Assembly: GCA_023267375.1 (NCBI GenBank) | Contig: JAHFNJ010000002.1 | Span: forward strand, 23,634 to 87,633 | DNA: 64,000 nucleotides | Direction of reading: 5' to 3' | Origin: Candidatus Nomurabacteria bacterium | GTDB lineage: Bacteria; Patescibacteriota; Minisyncoccia; Phycocordibacterales; UBA9973 | Shown here: positions 9,671-18,294 of the stretch, piece by piece | How the letters are laid out: every line of letters starts with the position of its first letter | Numbering within the stretch: the first letter of the stretch is position 1 | The notes under the pieces: generated by a model | Seen by the model: only the letters and a program-made list of their open reading frames with translations | The model's database searches: none | What the model was told of the DNA's origin: nothing | Translations under genes and position numbers: made by a program

Positions 9671-9755
9671 GGAGGCGTGGATGAGTGGTTTAAATCAACG
9701 GTTTACTAAACCGTCGTTCCGCAAGGAACCGTGAGTTCGAATCTCACCGCCTCCG
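9671..9755 (+). tRNA. tRNA-Ser-type body with anticodon ACT
   Basis: Acceptor GGAGGCG/CGCCTCC with G73, D stem GAT/ATC, anticodon arm ACGGT-TTACTAA-ACCGT, variable arm GTTCC-GCAA-GGAAC, T arm GTGAG-TTCGAAT-CTCAC. Confidence 0.9.
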
Positions 9756-9941
9756 CAAATGAAAATTGCCCCTTTTGGGGCTTTTTTCATTTGGGTGGCG
9801 AGCGAAGTGCCTGCGCACTTCGCGAGTGAGATTCGAACGACGGAATGTCATTTTTTCAGCAGAAAAAATGCATGAGTCGGTGGCTAGACCAAAAATTTCT
9901 GACGAGAAATTTTTGAGTCGAAGCCGAACTCCCGCCTCCGC
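9756..9941 (+). repeat. tRNA-associated structured element, copy 1
   Basis: Antisense T-arm GTGAGATTCGAAC (9826-9838), core shared with 37747-37932, terminal direct repeat CCGCCTCCGC of the tRNA 3' end. Confidence 0.8.
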
Positions 9942-9942
9942 T

Positions 9943-10311
9943 CTAGAATGCACCCAACTGCTGATTGAGACTTTCTGTCGCTTTTTGTATGGCTTCTGTT
10001 GTCCACACGTACGCCAGTGTAAATGTCACAATAGTTGAGACAACAAGGAGTGCAATCGCAATTGTGCCGATCGTTCCGGCTTTTTTATCTTTTGATTTGA
10101 AATATTTTACCCCTTTCCAATGTCCGATTCCTAAATAACAAATAGATGGCAGAATAATACTCAGAAGATACATCCCAATTTGTGTTTGTACTGTGGTGGA
10201 GAGTGGTGGTTCGTTTAGTTGTTTTCCGCAGTTTGAACAAAAATATGCGCCAGGCAAAACTGGCTGATGACAGACGGGGCAGGTCGCTATTTGTTGAGTA
10301 GTATTTTCCAT
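9943..10311 (-). CDS. Zinc-ribbon membrane protein
   Basis: CPVC...CSNC followed by two TM helices; TGcTATACT 7 nt before the ATG. Confidence 0.75.
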   Translation of the reverse strand: MENTTQQIATCPVCHQPVLPGAYFCSNCGKQLNEPPLSTTVQTQIGMYLLSIILPSICYLGIGHWKGVKYFKSKDKKAGTIGTIAIALLVVSTIVTFTLAYVWTTEAIQKATESLNQQLGAF

Positions 10312-10329
10312 TACTTTGAGTATAGCAGT

Positions 10330-11526
10330 TTAATTTATTTTTTTATCCCACAAATCCCAGATCATACCCGCGATATTTTTTGGTTTGCCTTCAAGTGCAA
10401 AATAGTGGAGGTCAATAAAGGGGAGTGTATTCGATTCGATGATGCCCCAGCGTTGCGTGCTCTCCTCTTTTGTTGGGTCAGGAACAATACAATCAAACCC
10501 GACAACGATAATGTTGAGCGTTCGTGCAGCTTGTTCAATGATGGGAATGAAGCTCGGGTGGAGTTCGTCGAGCATTTCTTTCGTGGTGCCTCCATAGAAG
10601 CGGCCCGTACGATGGGTAAGTGGGAGCACTTTGTCTTTTGGTAAAATACTTTCAAGCGAATAGCCAAAGCGGGTGATGTATTCTTTCATTTCGTCTGTCA
10701 CGACAATTGCTTCAATGCGTTCAGAGCGATTTTTGTTTTTCTCATCTATAAGTACGGCAATAGGTTGCACTCCATCACCAGTTATAAACGGTGTACTTGC
10801 ACGGTAAAATCCAGCAAGTTTTCCATCAATTACAGTGGCGCGGCATACGTCACCCAATAGGTGTTCTTCAATAGCGAGACGGGGAGCAATGATATGTCCA
10901 ACCTTAATTGCTGCATGGAGCATTTCTGGTGTTGTGATGTGTGTTGTTGTGTGGCGTCCACGTGACCCAGCTCGTGGTTTTACAATAAGTGTGTTTCCAA
11001 GTTCGTTAAATATACTCACTGCATCTATCTTTGAAAAGAGTGATATTTCTTTAAAACGTGGCACAGGGATATGCGCCGCATGAAGTACTCGTTTCATTAA
11101 AATTTTGTCGTCCCACTTCTCACTATCATCGGAGCGTTTTGGTGGAATAGGGAGACTTTGGAAATAGTGCCATTTTCCTTGTATTTTTGCGCGATAAAAT
11201 TCAAAGGGTTTACCGAGCAAGATACCTTGTTGCATGGGGATGCCACGGCGAAGTGCTTCTTCCCAAATAACTCGAGAACGATGAGTGAGTGTTTTTTCAG
11301 GATCATCTGAGAAGCGAGCGAGTCCAAGAAGAGAAAAGGAAGAAAAAATAGCACCAGGAATCCAGTCGACGAATCGTTCAAGTGGTGCGGGGGCAAGTTT
11401 GGCGAGTGGAAGCATGAAAGGCTCAATAATAGATCCAATGCAGGCTTCAGTAAAAGTGAGTCGGTGACTAATAGCAGCATCACCGCAGTATGTGCAATTA
11501 CTTTGTTTAGGTTTAGGTTCGTGCAT
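10330..11526 (-). CDS. ATP-grasp ligase, cyanophycin synthetase N-terminal/GshB-like
   Basis: DDKILMK, IVKPRAGSRGR, ITGDG, GFD and IIESN.LP motifs. Confidence 0.75.
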   Translation of the reverse strand: MHEPKPKQSNCTYCGDAAISHRLTFTEACIGSIIEPFMLPLAKLAPAPLERFVDWIPGAIFSSFSLLGLARFSDDPEKTLTHRSRVIWEEALRRGIPMQQGILLGKPFEFYRAKIQGKWHYFQSLPIPPKRSDDSEKWDDKILMKRVLHAAHIPVPRFKEISLFSKIDAVSIFNELGNTLIVKPRAGSRGRHTTTHITTPEMLHAAIKVGHIIAPRLAIEEHLLGDVCRATVIDGKLAGFYRASTPFITGDGVQPIAVLIDEKNKNRSERIEAIVVTDEMKEYITRFGYSLESILPKDKVLPLTHRTGRFYGGTTKEMLDELHPSFIPIIEQAARTLNIIVVGFDCIVPDPTKEESTQRWGIIESNTLPFIDLHYFALEGKPKNIAGMIWDLWDKKIN

Positions 11527-11649
11527 AAAGTTTTGAATCAGCGCATTTCTTCGTTGCTTCGCTCGTTTGCTTCCGCGCAGTAGGATTTACTACAGCTTGG
11601 TCGCAAGCCTCGCTTGCGCCTCGAACTGCATCCGATTCGAAGCTTTATG
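11524..11649. repeat. Palindromic REP/MITE-like element overlapping the ATP-grasp start codon
   Basis: Terminal inverted repeat CATAAAGTTTTGAATC / GATTCGAAGCTTTATG (14/16) with internal hairpins. Confidence 0.55.
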
Positions 11650-11671
11650 AAAATGCTTTTATTAATGGGAA

Positions 11672-11790
11672 ACAAAAAGGCGGCTTGCGCCGTCTCTTTG
11701 TGTAACCGGCAAAACCGATTAGTGGCCTCCGAGTATCATATGTTTTTGACTATGATGAAACTCATAAAACCGACCGAATATAGTATACCG
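11672..11790 (-). ncRNA. Candidate small RNA
   Basis: On the minus strand: TATACT box, stem GAGT..ATCATA/TATGATACTC, then terminator GACGGC-GCAA-GCCGCC-TTTTT; no convincing ORF. Confidence 0.35.
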
Positions 11791-11821
11791 CACAATTCCA
11801 TTTTTTAACAAAAGTAAAACG

Positions 11822-12472
11822 TTAATGTGCCACTGTAAGGGCTGTCACCGTTTTTGCCCCAGCTTCCTTTAAGACCCGTTTTGCCTCAATAAGTGTGGCA
11901 CCAGTAGTAACAATATCATCTATAAGTAGTATGTGTGCCCCGTAGACCGTGACTGGATTGATTACCGTAAATGAGCCATACACATTTCCTAAACGCTCAG
12001 TTCGACTTTTTGTTTCTGTTTGACTCTTGGTATGAATACTTTTTCTAAGAACAAGTGGCGTAAACATCAGTATTTTTTCTGTATCAGCTTCACAAATACC
12101 TTTTGCTAACAGGAGTGCTTGGTTGTAGCCGCGCTTTTTCTTTCGTGAGAGTGAAGCGGGGATGGGGATTACAAGCCAGCGTTTATTGTCGGCGAATAGT
12201 TTTTCTTCAGCAGCTTCTTCTAAAAAATGTTCATAGAGTAATTTGCCAAAAATGTTTCCAAGTAGTTTTCTATTTCCATACTTGAGTGCCCACAATGCCT
12301 TACGAACCTTCGGGTCTTTGTAGTAGTACAATGGAAGTATCCATTCCTTTGGGAACGGATCAGCGGGGGAGAACCCCTGTATGCATGTGTTACAGAGCGT
12401 CTCATCCTTTTTATTACAGGAAACACAACGTTCAGGAAAGAATAATGAAAGCAGATGCTGTAAAATGTTCAT
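11822..12472 (-). CDS. comF: ComF family competence protein
   Basis: CVSC..LCNTC, RGYNQA, LLIDDIVTTGATL. Confidence 0.92.
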   Translation of the reverse strand: MNILQHLLSLFFPERCVSCNKKDETLCNTCIQGFSPADPFPKEWILPLYYYKDPKVRKALWALKYGNRKLLGNIFGKLLYEHFLEEAAEEKLFADNKRWLVIPIPASLSRKKKRGYNQALLLAKGICEADTEKILMFTPLVLRKSIHTKSQTETKSRTERLGNVYGSFTVINPVTVYGAHILLIDDIVTTGATLIEAKRVLKEAGAKTVTALTVAH

Positions 12473-12523
12473 TAGTTATATGATACAATATTACATACAG
12501 TAAGAAACGAAGAAAACTATTGC

Positions 12524-13663
12524 ATGGACAATCCATTTAAAACAATCTTAGATACTGGACTCAATCTTTTTAAGGGGGGCGCTGATCAAAGTGAAAGCGT
12601 TGTTGGTATTGATATTGGTACGTCTTCAATTAAAGTCGTCCAGCTCAAAAAGAAAAAAGGTAAGGCAGTACTTGAAACGTACGGTGCGATTGCGCTTGGT
12701 CCGTATGCGGGGCTTGATGTCGGTGCGGTTACCAACTTGCCGCTTGAAAAGGTAAGTCAGGCAATCAATGATGTGCTTCGTGAATCAAACATTACCACCA
12801 ACGATGGTGCGTTTTCGATTCCGTCATCAGCTAGTCTGATATTCGTGGCTGAGTTGCCGCCGCAAGTTTCAGAACAGGATTACGCAACAGTGGTACCGAC
12901 TGAAGCACGAAAGTATATCCCGGTACCCATTTCAGAAGTGTCACTCGATTGGTGGGCGATTCCGCGACCAGAACCAGAATTTGAAGGAAGTGCTGATCTT
13001 GATGTTGAAAAAGCATCATCGCGTATAAAAAAAGAAGTACTTATTGCAGCGATTCATAATGATGCCCTGACAAAATTTAAAGATATTTTAAAAACAATTC
13101 CTGTGCATGGGGGGTTGTTTGAAATTGAAGTATTCTCAAGTGTGCGCGCTACATTCGGTCATGAGCTTTCGTCGGTGCTGATCATGGACTTTGGGGCTTC
13201 TAAGACAAAAATTTCTATTGTTGAACATGGCATTATGCGTGAGTTTCATATTGTGAATCGCGGATCAGCAGATATAACCGTAGCACTTTCAAAATCGCTT
13301 GGCATACCATTTCCGAAAGCAGAAGAGACAAAGCGCAAGTGGGGATTGGCAGGAAGTCCTGACGATAAAAATATTGCCGAAATTACACGCATATCTGTCG
13401 ACTATATTTTTTCGGAAACAAATAGTGTGATTTTAAACTACGAACGCAAATATAATAAGAGCATAAATAAGATTATCTTAACTGGCGGCGGATCACTCTT
13501 GCGGGGGATACTCGATAATGCGAAAGCAAATTTCCGCTGCGAGGTATCACTTGGCAATCCATTTTCCAAAGTAGAAGCACCTGTGTTCCTCGGTCCGGTG
13601 CTTGAAAGCACTGGACCAGAGTTTGCAGTAGCCGTTGGGTTGGCGCTTAAGAAACTACAATAG
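12524..13663 (+). CDS. pilM: Type IV pilus assembly protein PilM
   Basis: GIDIGTSSIKVVQL, DFGASKT, LTGGGS, AVAVGLAL. Confidence 0.93.
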   Translation: MDNPFKTILDTGLNLFKGGADQSESVVGIDIGTSSIKVVQLKKKKGKAVLETYGAIALGPYAGLDVGAVTNLPLEKVSQAINDVLRESNITTNDGAFSIPSSASLIFVAELPPQVSEQDYATVVPTEARKYIPVPISEVSLDWWAIPRPEPEFEGSADLDVEKASSRIKKEVLIAAIHNDALTKFKDILKTIPVHGGLFEIEVFSSVRATFGHELSSVLIMDFGASKTKISIVEHGIMREFHIVNRGSADITVALSKSLGIPFPKAEETKRKWGLAGSPDDKNIAEITRISVDYIFSETNSVILNYERKYNKSINKIILTGGGSLLRGILDNAKANFRCEVSLGNPFSKVEAPVFLGPVLESTGPEFAVAVGLALKKLQ

Positions 13664-13795
13664 ATGTGATTAATGGTTTTACACAGCTTTCACTGGCGTA
13701 AATATAAAGATATAATGATATAATAGACGTGTATAGTAGGTGAGAGTGTTCAGTTCATTTTCTCTGTACAGTAATATTTTGTGTGATGATTCATT

Positions 13796-14482
13796 ATGGA
13801 TCAAGAATTTCAAACCTCTTTCATACCAAAGAAGCCACTTGCTGAGACGCGCCTTCCAAAGGCTCGGCCAGTTAATATTATTTCGTTTTTAGGAACGATC
13901 ATTTTTTTTGCATCACTCGCATCACTCGCAGGAGTTTATTTCTATAAAGCGTATTTAGGTAAACAGGTAGATACAATGAGTGCCAAACTTGCCAGCGCAG
14001 AAGCTGCGTATGAGCCAACACTCATTGCTGATTTGGAAAATGTTGATCGACGTATCACTGACGCAAAGGATATTTTGAAAAACCACGTCATGACCTCGCC
14101 AATATTTGAAGCGCTTGAAGATATGACTCTTCAGTCAATTCGTTTCACAAAGTTTTCTTATGTATATAGCGCCGATGGAAAAAAGGTTGAAGTAAAGATG
14201 TCGGGACAAGCGAAAGATTATAACGCTATTGCTGCACAGTCCGATATTTTAGGTAAAAATAAATATATTGATAATCCAGTGTTTTCAAATTTGAATTTGG
14301 ATGACAAGGGTCGGGTCTCCTTTGATTTATTTTTCTCAGTTGATCCTCTCTTTGTAAGTTATCAAGATATTCTTGATCGAAACTCTGGCGGATCGCCGAC
14401 CGATAATCAATCACCTGCTGCAGGCGGGGCAACTGGTGATATTTTCCCAACAGATACTTCAGGGGGTGCAACCACACAATAA
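13796..14482 (+). CDS. pilN: PilN-like pilus alignment protein
   Basis: N-terminal TSFIPK motif, one TM helix, coiled coil; follows pilM. Confidence 0.7.
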   Translation: MDQEFQTSFIPKKPLAETRLPKARPVNIISFLGTIIFFASLASLAGVYFYKAYLGKQVDTMSAKLASAEAAYEPTLIADLENVDRRITDAKDILKNHVMTSPIFEALEDMTLQSIRFTKFSYVYSADGKKVEVKMSGQAKDYNAIAAQSDILGKNKYIDNPVFSNLNLDDKGRVSFDLFFSVDPLFVSYQDILDRNSGGSPTDNQSPAAGGATGDIFPTDTSGGATTQ

Positions 14483-14483
14483 T

Positions 14484-15050
14484 ATGTTTAAATCACTTAC
14501 ACCAATCATCTTAATAGGAGTCGCGGTTGTCATATTTTTTATGTTCACAAACCCGATGTATGCGAAGGTTCAAGAATTGCAGAAGCAGGTTGCTGGCTTC
14601 AATGATGCAATTTCAAATGCACAAGACCTTCAATCAGTACGCGATGAACTTTCTGCAAAATATAATTCATTTCCACCTGAGAGTCTGAATCGTCTCGTGA
14701 AACTGTTGCCTGACAATGTAAACAATATTCGCCTCATCCTTGATATTAAAGGTATCGCTGATAAGTATGGACTACAGATTCAGAATGTGAAATTTGACCC
14801 CGCAGGAGAAGTAAATCCTACACAAGTACCACAGAGTTCAAAGGGACTTGCGGCACAAACTAAGGATTATGGGGTATTTAATTTTGAGTTTTCAACTACA
14901 GGTTCATATAATAGTTTTGTTAAGTTTGTTGCTGATATGGAGAAAAGTTTACGTATTATTGACATCAATTCTATTAATTTTGCTTCGAGTGATGCATCGA
15001 GTAATTATCGGTATGATTTTAAAATTACAACATATTGGTTAAAACATTAG
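14484..15050 (+). CDS. pilO: PilO-like protein
   Basis: TM, coiled coil, LLPD...GSYNSFVKFVADMEKSLRIIDI. Confidence 0.8.
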   Translation: MFKSLTPIILIGVAVVIFFMFTNPMYAKVQELQKQVAGFNDAISNAQDLQSVRDELSAKYNSFPPESLNRLVKLLPDNVNNIRLILDIKGIADKYGLQIQNVKFDPAGEVNPTQVPQSSKGLAAQTKDYGVFNFEFSTTGSYNSFVKFVADMEKSLRIIDINSINFASSDASSNYRYDFKITTYWLKH

Positions 15051-15051
15051 C

Positions 15052-15780
15052 ATGAAAAATCTACGTAAAATTTTACTCTTTGTCTTTATCTTTGCGATTT
15101 TGGTCGTAGGTTATATGTTTTTTTCAAAAAAAGACACTAATCAACCAGCTGCTTCTGGGACGCTTGGTTCGACTACTGGTGTTGCGAATGTTTCAGGGAG
15201 TGCCGGTCGGACGGGCGTAGGAAGCGATATTGGTCGTGAGTTTCTAACATCACTCCTTAATTTGAAGAATATTACCCTCGATGATTCACTCTTTACAGAA
15301 CCATCATTTACTAGTCTCCAAGATTTCAGCACAACAGTTGCGGCAACAAGCGCACAGGGCCGTCCCAACCCTTTTGCACCACTTGGTCTTGATTCTAGTA
15401 CCGCTACTAGTGCACTTGGTGGAGGGAATGGATTAGTAGTAGAACTTCCTCCTGTTTCGGGTGGGGCTAGTGGTGGAGCTGATACAGGCAACGGTTCTAT
15501 TCCGGCAGTAAATACACTCTCTGCAGATTTGATTACACGCACAACCGCGACGTTGCATGGTTCATTTAGTCAGTCGTCAGGAGGAGCAAGATTCTTTGAG
15601 TGGGGGACCTCTTCCTCTTTAGGTACGACAACAGCTGAAGAAACTCCAGTAGGAACTACATGGAGTAAAAAGATAACAGGATTAACACCAGCTACCACAT
15701 ATTCATTCCGTGCAAGTGCAAAAGTTGGAACGCTTACATTTTACGGACCAATTCTTACTTTTAAGACACTTGCTCAGTAA
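15052..15780 (+). CDS. Pilus-associated membrane protein (GRPNPF motif) with C-terminal Fn3-like domain
   Basis: N-terminal TM, GRPNPFAP, GLTPATTYSFRA; occupies the pilP position. Confidence 0.6.
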   Translation: MKNLRKILLFVFIFAILVVGYMFFSKKDTNQPAASGTLGSTTGVANVSGSAGRTGVGSDIGREFLTSLLNLKNITLDDSLFTEPSFTSLQDFSTTVAATSAQGRPNPFAPLGLDSSTATSALGGGNGLVVELPPVSGGASGGADTGNGSIPAVNTLSADLITRTTATLHGSFSQSSGGARFFEWGTSSSLGTTTAEETPVGTTWSKKITGLTPATTYSFRASAKVGTLTFYGPILTFKTLAQ

Positions 15781-15803
15781 GAAAGAAAAAATAATTATCT
15801 TTA

Positions 15804-15830
15804 TAAATCCGCCCTATGGCGGATTTATTT
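15804..15830 (+). terminator. Intrinsic terminator
   Basis: TAAATCCGCC-CTAT-GGCGGATTTA-TTT. Confidence 0.7.
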
Positions 15831-16004
15831 CGACAAGCGAGGAACGAATAAATGAGCATCTTCATTTATTACGTCCGAGTCCAAGTCGAAATATAAGGGT
15901 TCTCGGATCTACTGCGGACAAGTGCGAGTAACTTGAATTCTGCCAAATCCCATTTTCCCCTAGTAGATACCGCTTTTATAATTTAAAATGATATACTTAT
16001 TCAT

Positions 16005-17741
16005 ATGAGTTTTCTTGAAGAATTGGCAAGTAAAGGAGTGCTCCGCGAAAATCAGCTTCAGGAGATAACGCGACGCGCAGCGCAGAAATATAATGGCGAC
16101 ACTGACGAAGTACTCGTTGAGATGGGTTTTGATGAACAGGAACTTTTGAAAGCAAAGAGTCAGTACTTTAATATTCCCGCAAAGTCAGTTGATCAGAAGG
16201 CCGTGTCGTTTGATCTCTTAAAATATATTCCCGAGGATTCTGCAACCCATTACCAATTTGCGCCGATTGGTCTTGCGAGCAACGTACTTGAAGTTGGGGT
16301 AACCAATCCAGAAAATATTCAAGCCATGGATGCACTGCAATTTATTGCAGGAAAATTGGGGATACCGTACAAAATTTTTCTGATTTCAAAATCTGATTTC
16401 AAAAAGATAATGGCAAGCTACAAGGGTATTACTGGAGAAGTCGAACAGGCAATTTCTGAAATCAATGTTGATGATCTTGCCAATGTTTCGACTGATGATG
16501 TTTCAACCGAAGCAACAAAAGTACAAGGGAATTTGAAGCCGGGCGAGGAAGAAAAAATTGTTGAAGATGCACCGATTATTAAGATTGTGGCTGTCATTCT
16601 TCGTCATGCGGTAGAGGGGAGTGCTTCTGATATTCATATTGAAAATACTGGAGATAAGATTAAGGTTCGCTTTCGTGTTGACGGTGTGTTACATACAAGT
16701 CTTGTGTTGCCGCAGAATGTGTACGCTGGAGTAGTTGCGCGTATTAAAATTCTTTCAAAACTTCGTCTTGATGAAAAACGAAAACCGCAAGATGGCGGAT
16801 TTTCTGCGCGTATCGAAGGAAGAAAGATTGATTTCCGTGTTTCAACATTGCCTGCCTACTACGGTGAAAAAGTCGTGATGCGTATTTTGGACTCAACTCG
16901 TGGTGTTAAGCCGCTTGCTGAACTCGGGCTCTCAAAACGTAACTTAGAGCTTATTCAATCCGCACTCAAAAAACCGTATGGCCTTGTTCTCATTACTGGA
17001 CCAACAGGCTCCGGTAAGACTACAACGCTCTATTCAATGCTCAATGAACTTGATCGAGAGAAGGCAAATGTTGTGTCTCTAGAGGATCCGGTTGAGTACC
17101 ACATTCCTGACGTGAATCAATCCCAAATGATGCCAGAAATTGGGTATGATTTCTCGACTGGTCTTCGTAGTGTGCTCCGTCAAGACCCAGATATCATTAT
17201 GGTGGGAGAAATTCGTGACAAAGAAACCGCGCAGTTAGCTATTCAAGCTGCACTTACTGGACACCTCGTGCTTTCAACACTGCACACAAATAATGCCGTC
17301 GGTGTTATTCCGCGTCTTGTTGATATGGGAATTGATCCTTATTTGATTGCCCCGACGCTTATACTAGCAGTCGCGCAGCGCCTTTCTCGTGTTATTTGTC
17401 CATCATCCAAACACGCAGTCCCAATTGATGATTCACTCCATCAGATGATCGAAAAGGAGTTTACTGACCTCTCTGAAGAGTTCCGTAAAGATCTTCCTAT
17501 TGGAAACGAGCTTTCTGAGGCACTACCATCACCAGAATGCCCTTCAGGTACACGCGGGCGTATTGCTGTCTTTGAAATGTTTGAAGTAGATAAAGAGATG
17601 GAGGCAACTATTCTTAAAAATCCAACTGAACCAGAGATTTATAAGGCAGCACGTGCAAAGGGGATGCTCACTATGCGGGAGGATGCTATTATTAAAAGTG
17701 CAGAGGGGGTGGTTCCGCTTACTGAAGTGTATAACTTGTAG
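16005..17741 (+). CDS. pilB: Type IV pilus extension ATPase PilB/GspE
   Basis: ASDIHIE, GPTGSGKTTT, LEDPVEY, LRQDPD, STLHTN. Confidence 0.93.
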   Translation: MSFLEELASKGVLRENQLQEITRRAAQKYNGDTDEVLVEMGFDEQELLKAKSQYFNIPAKSVDQKAVSFDLLKYIPEDSATHYQFAPIGLASNVLEVGVTNPENIQAMDALQFIAGKLGIPYKIFLISKSDFKKIMASYKGITGEVEQAISEINVDDLANVSTDDVSTEATKVQGNLKPGEEEKIVEDAPIIKIVAVILRHAVEGSASDIHIENTGDKIKVRFRVDGVLHTSLVLPQNVYAGVVARIKILSKLRLDEKRKPQDGGFSARIEGRKIDFRVSTLPAYYGEKVVMRILDSTRGVKPLAELGLSKRNLELIQSALKKPYGLVLITGPTGSGKTTTLYSMLNELDREKANVVSLEDPVEYHIPDVNQSQMMPEIGYDFSTGLRSVLRQDPDIIMVGEIRDKETAQLAIQAALTGHLVLSTLHTNNAVGVIPRLVDMGIDPYLIAPTLILAVAQRLSRVICPSSKHAVPIDDSLHQMIEKEFTDLSEEFRKDLPIGNELSEALPSPECPSGTRGRIAVFEMFEVDKEMEATILKNPTEPEIYKAARAKGMLTMREDAIIKSAEGVVPLTEVYNL

Positions 17742-17809
17742 TAGCGCACTCTTTTCGGGCAGTGTATAATAAATGAAGCGTTAGCAATTAGTAACCTAAA
17801 AAAAATCTC

Positions 17810-18208
17810 ATGGCGGAAAATTCAAAACAAAAAGTGCTCATCATTGACGACGATAATTTTTTGCTCGACATGTATGCGCTCAAGTTTAATCAATCAGGAT
17901 ATGAAGTCTACACAGCTTCTGGGGCAGAGGATACGCTAAAAAAACTTCGTGAAGGGCTTACCCCAGATGTGATGCTTATCGATATTGTTATGCCGATCAT
18001 GAATGGTTTTGAATTGATTGAGGCAATAAATAAAGAAGGTCTCGTGAAAGATACTGTCAAGATAATATTATCCAATCGTGGGCAGCAATCTGATATTGAG
18101 CGAGGGCAAGAATTGGGGACTGATGGATATATTGTGAAAGCAAACACAACGCCGTCCGAAGTTATAACGAAAGTATCAGAGATTATGGGAGCGAAGAAAA
18201 AGAAGTAA
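17810..18208 (+). CDS. Single-domain response regulator (CheY-like)
   Basis: IIDDD, DIVMP, YIVK. Confidence 0.9.
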   Translation: MAENSKQKVLIIDDDNFLLDMYALKFNQSGYEVYTASGAEDTLKKLREGLTPDVMLIDIVMPIMNGFELIEAINKEGLVKDTVKIILSNRGQQSDIERGQELGTDGYIVKANTTPSEVITKVSEIMGAKKKK

Positions 18209-18212
18209 GATC

Positions 18213-18284
18213 CTAAAGTCTAAATACTAAATTCTAAATGCATTTCTCCAGATTTCTTTAGTATTTAGATTTTAGAGTTTAGTA
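18213..18284. repeat. Inverted pair of heptamer tandem arrays, (CTAAAnn)4 and (TTTAGnn)4
   Basis: ctaaagt ctaaata ctaaatt ctaaatg ... tttagta tttagat tttagag tttagta. Confidence 0.75.
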
Positions 18285-18294
18285 TTTTTCTATT

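Noticed and set aside
9703..9709. Reading the ACT tRNA as a CTA amber suppressor or tRNA-Sec
   Set aside because: The 5-bp stem ACGGT/ACCGT fixes a 7-nt loop centred on ACT, and the 7-bp acceptor and 5-bp T stems are canonical rather than Sec-like.
9744..10038. ORFs 9744-9953 (-) and 9766-10038 (+), and likewise 37790-38083 (-)
   Set aside because: They overlap tRNAs and the structured tRNA-associated elements; the translations look like by-products.
15827..15892. Nested hairpin ATTTCGAC...GTCGAAAT after the pilM operon terminator
   Set aside because: Single copy in the window with no family assignment; it may be another palindromic element but support is insufficient.
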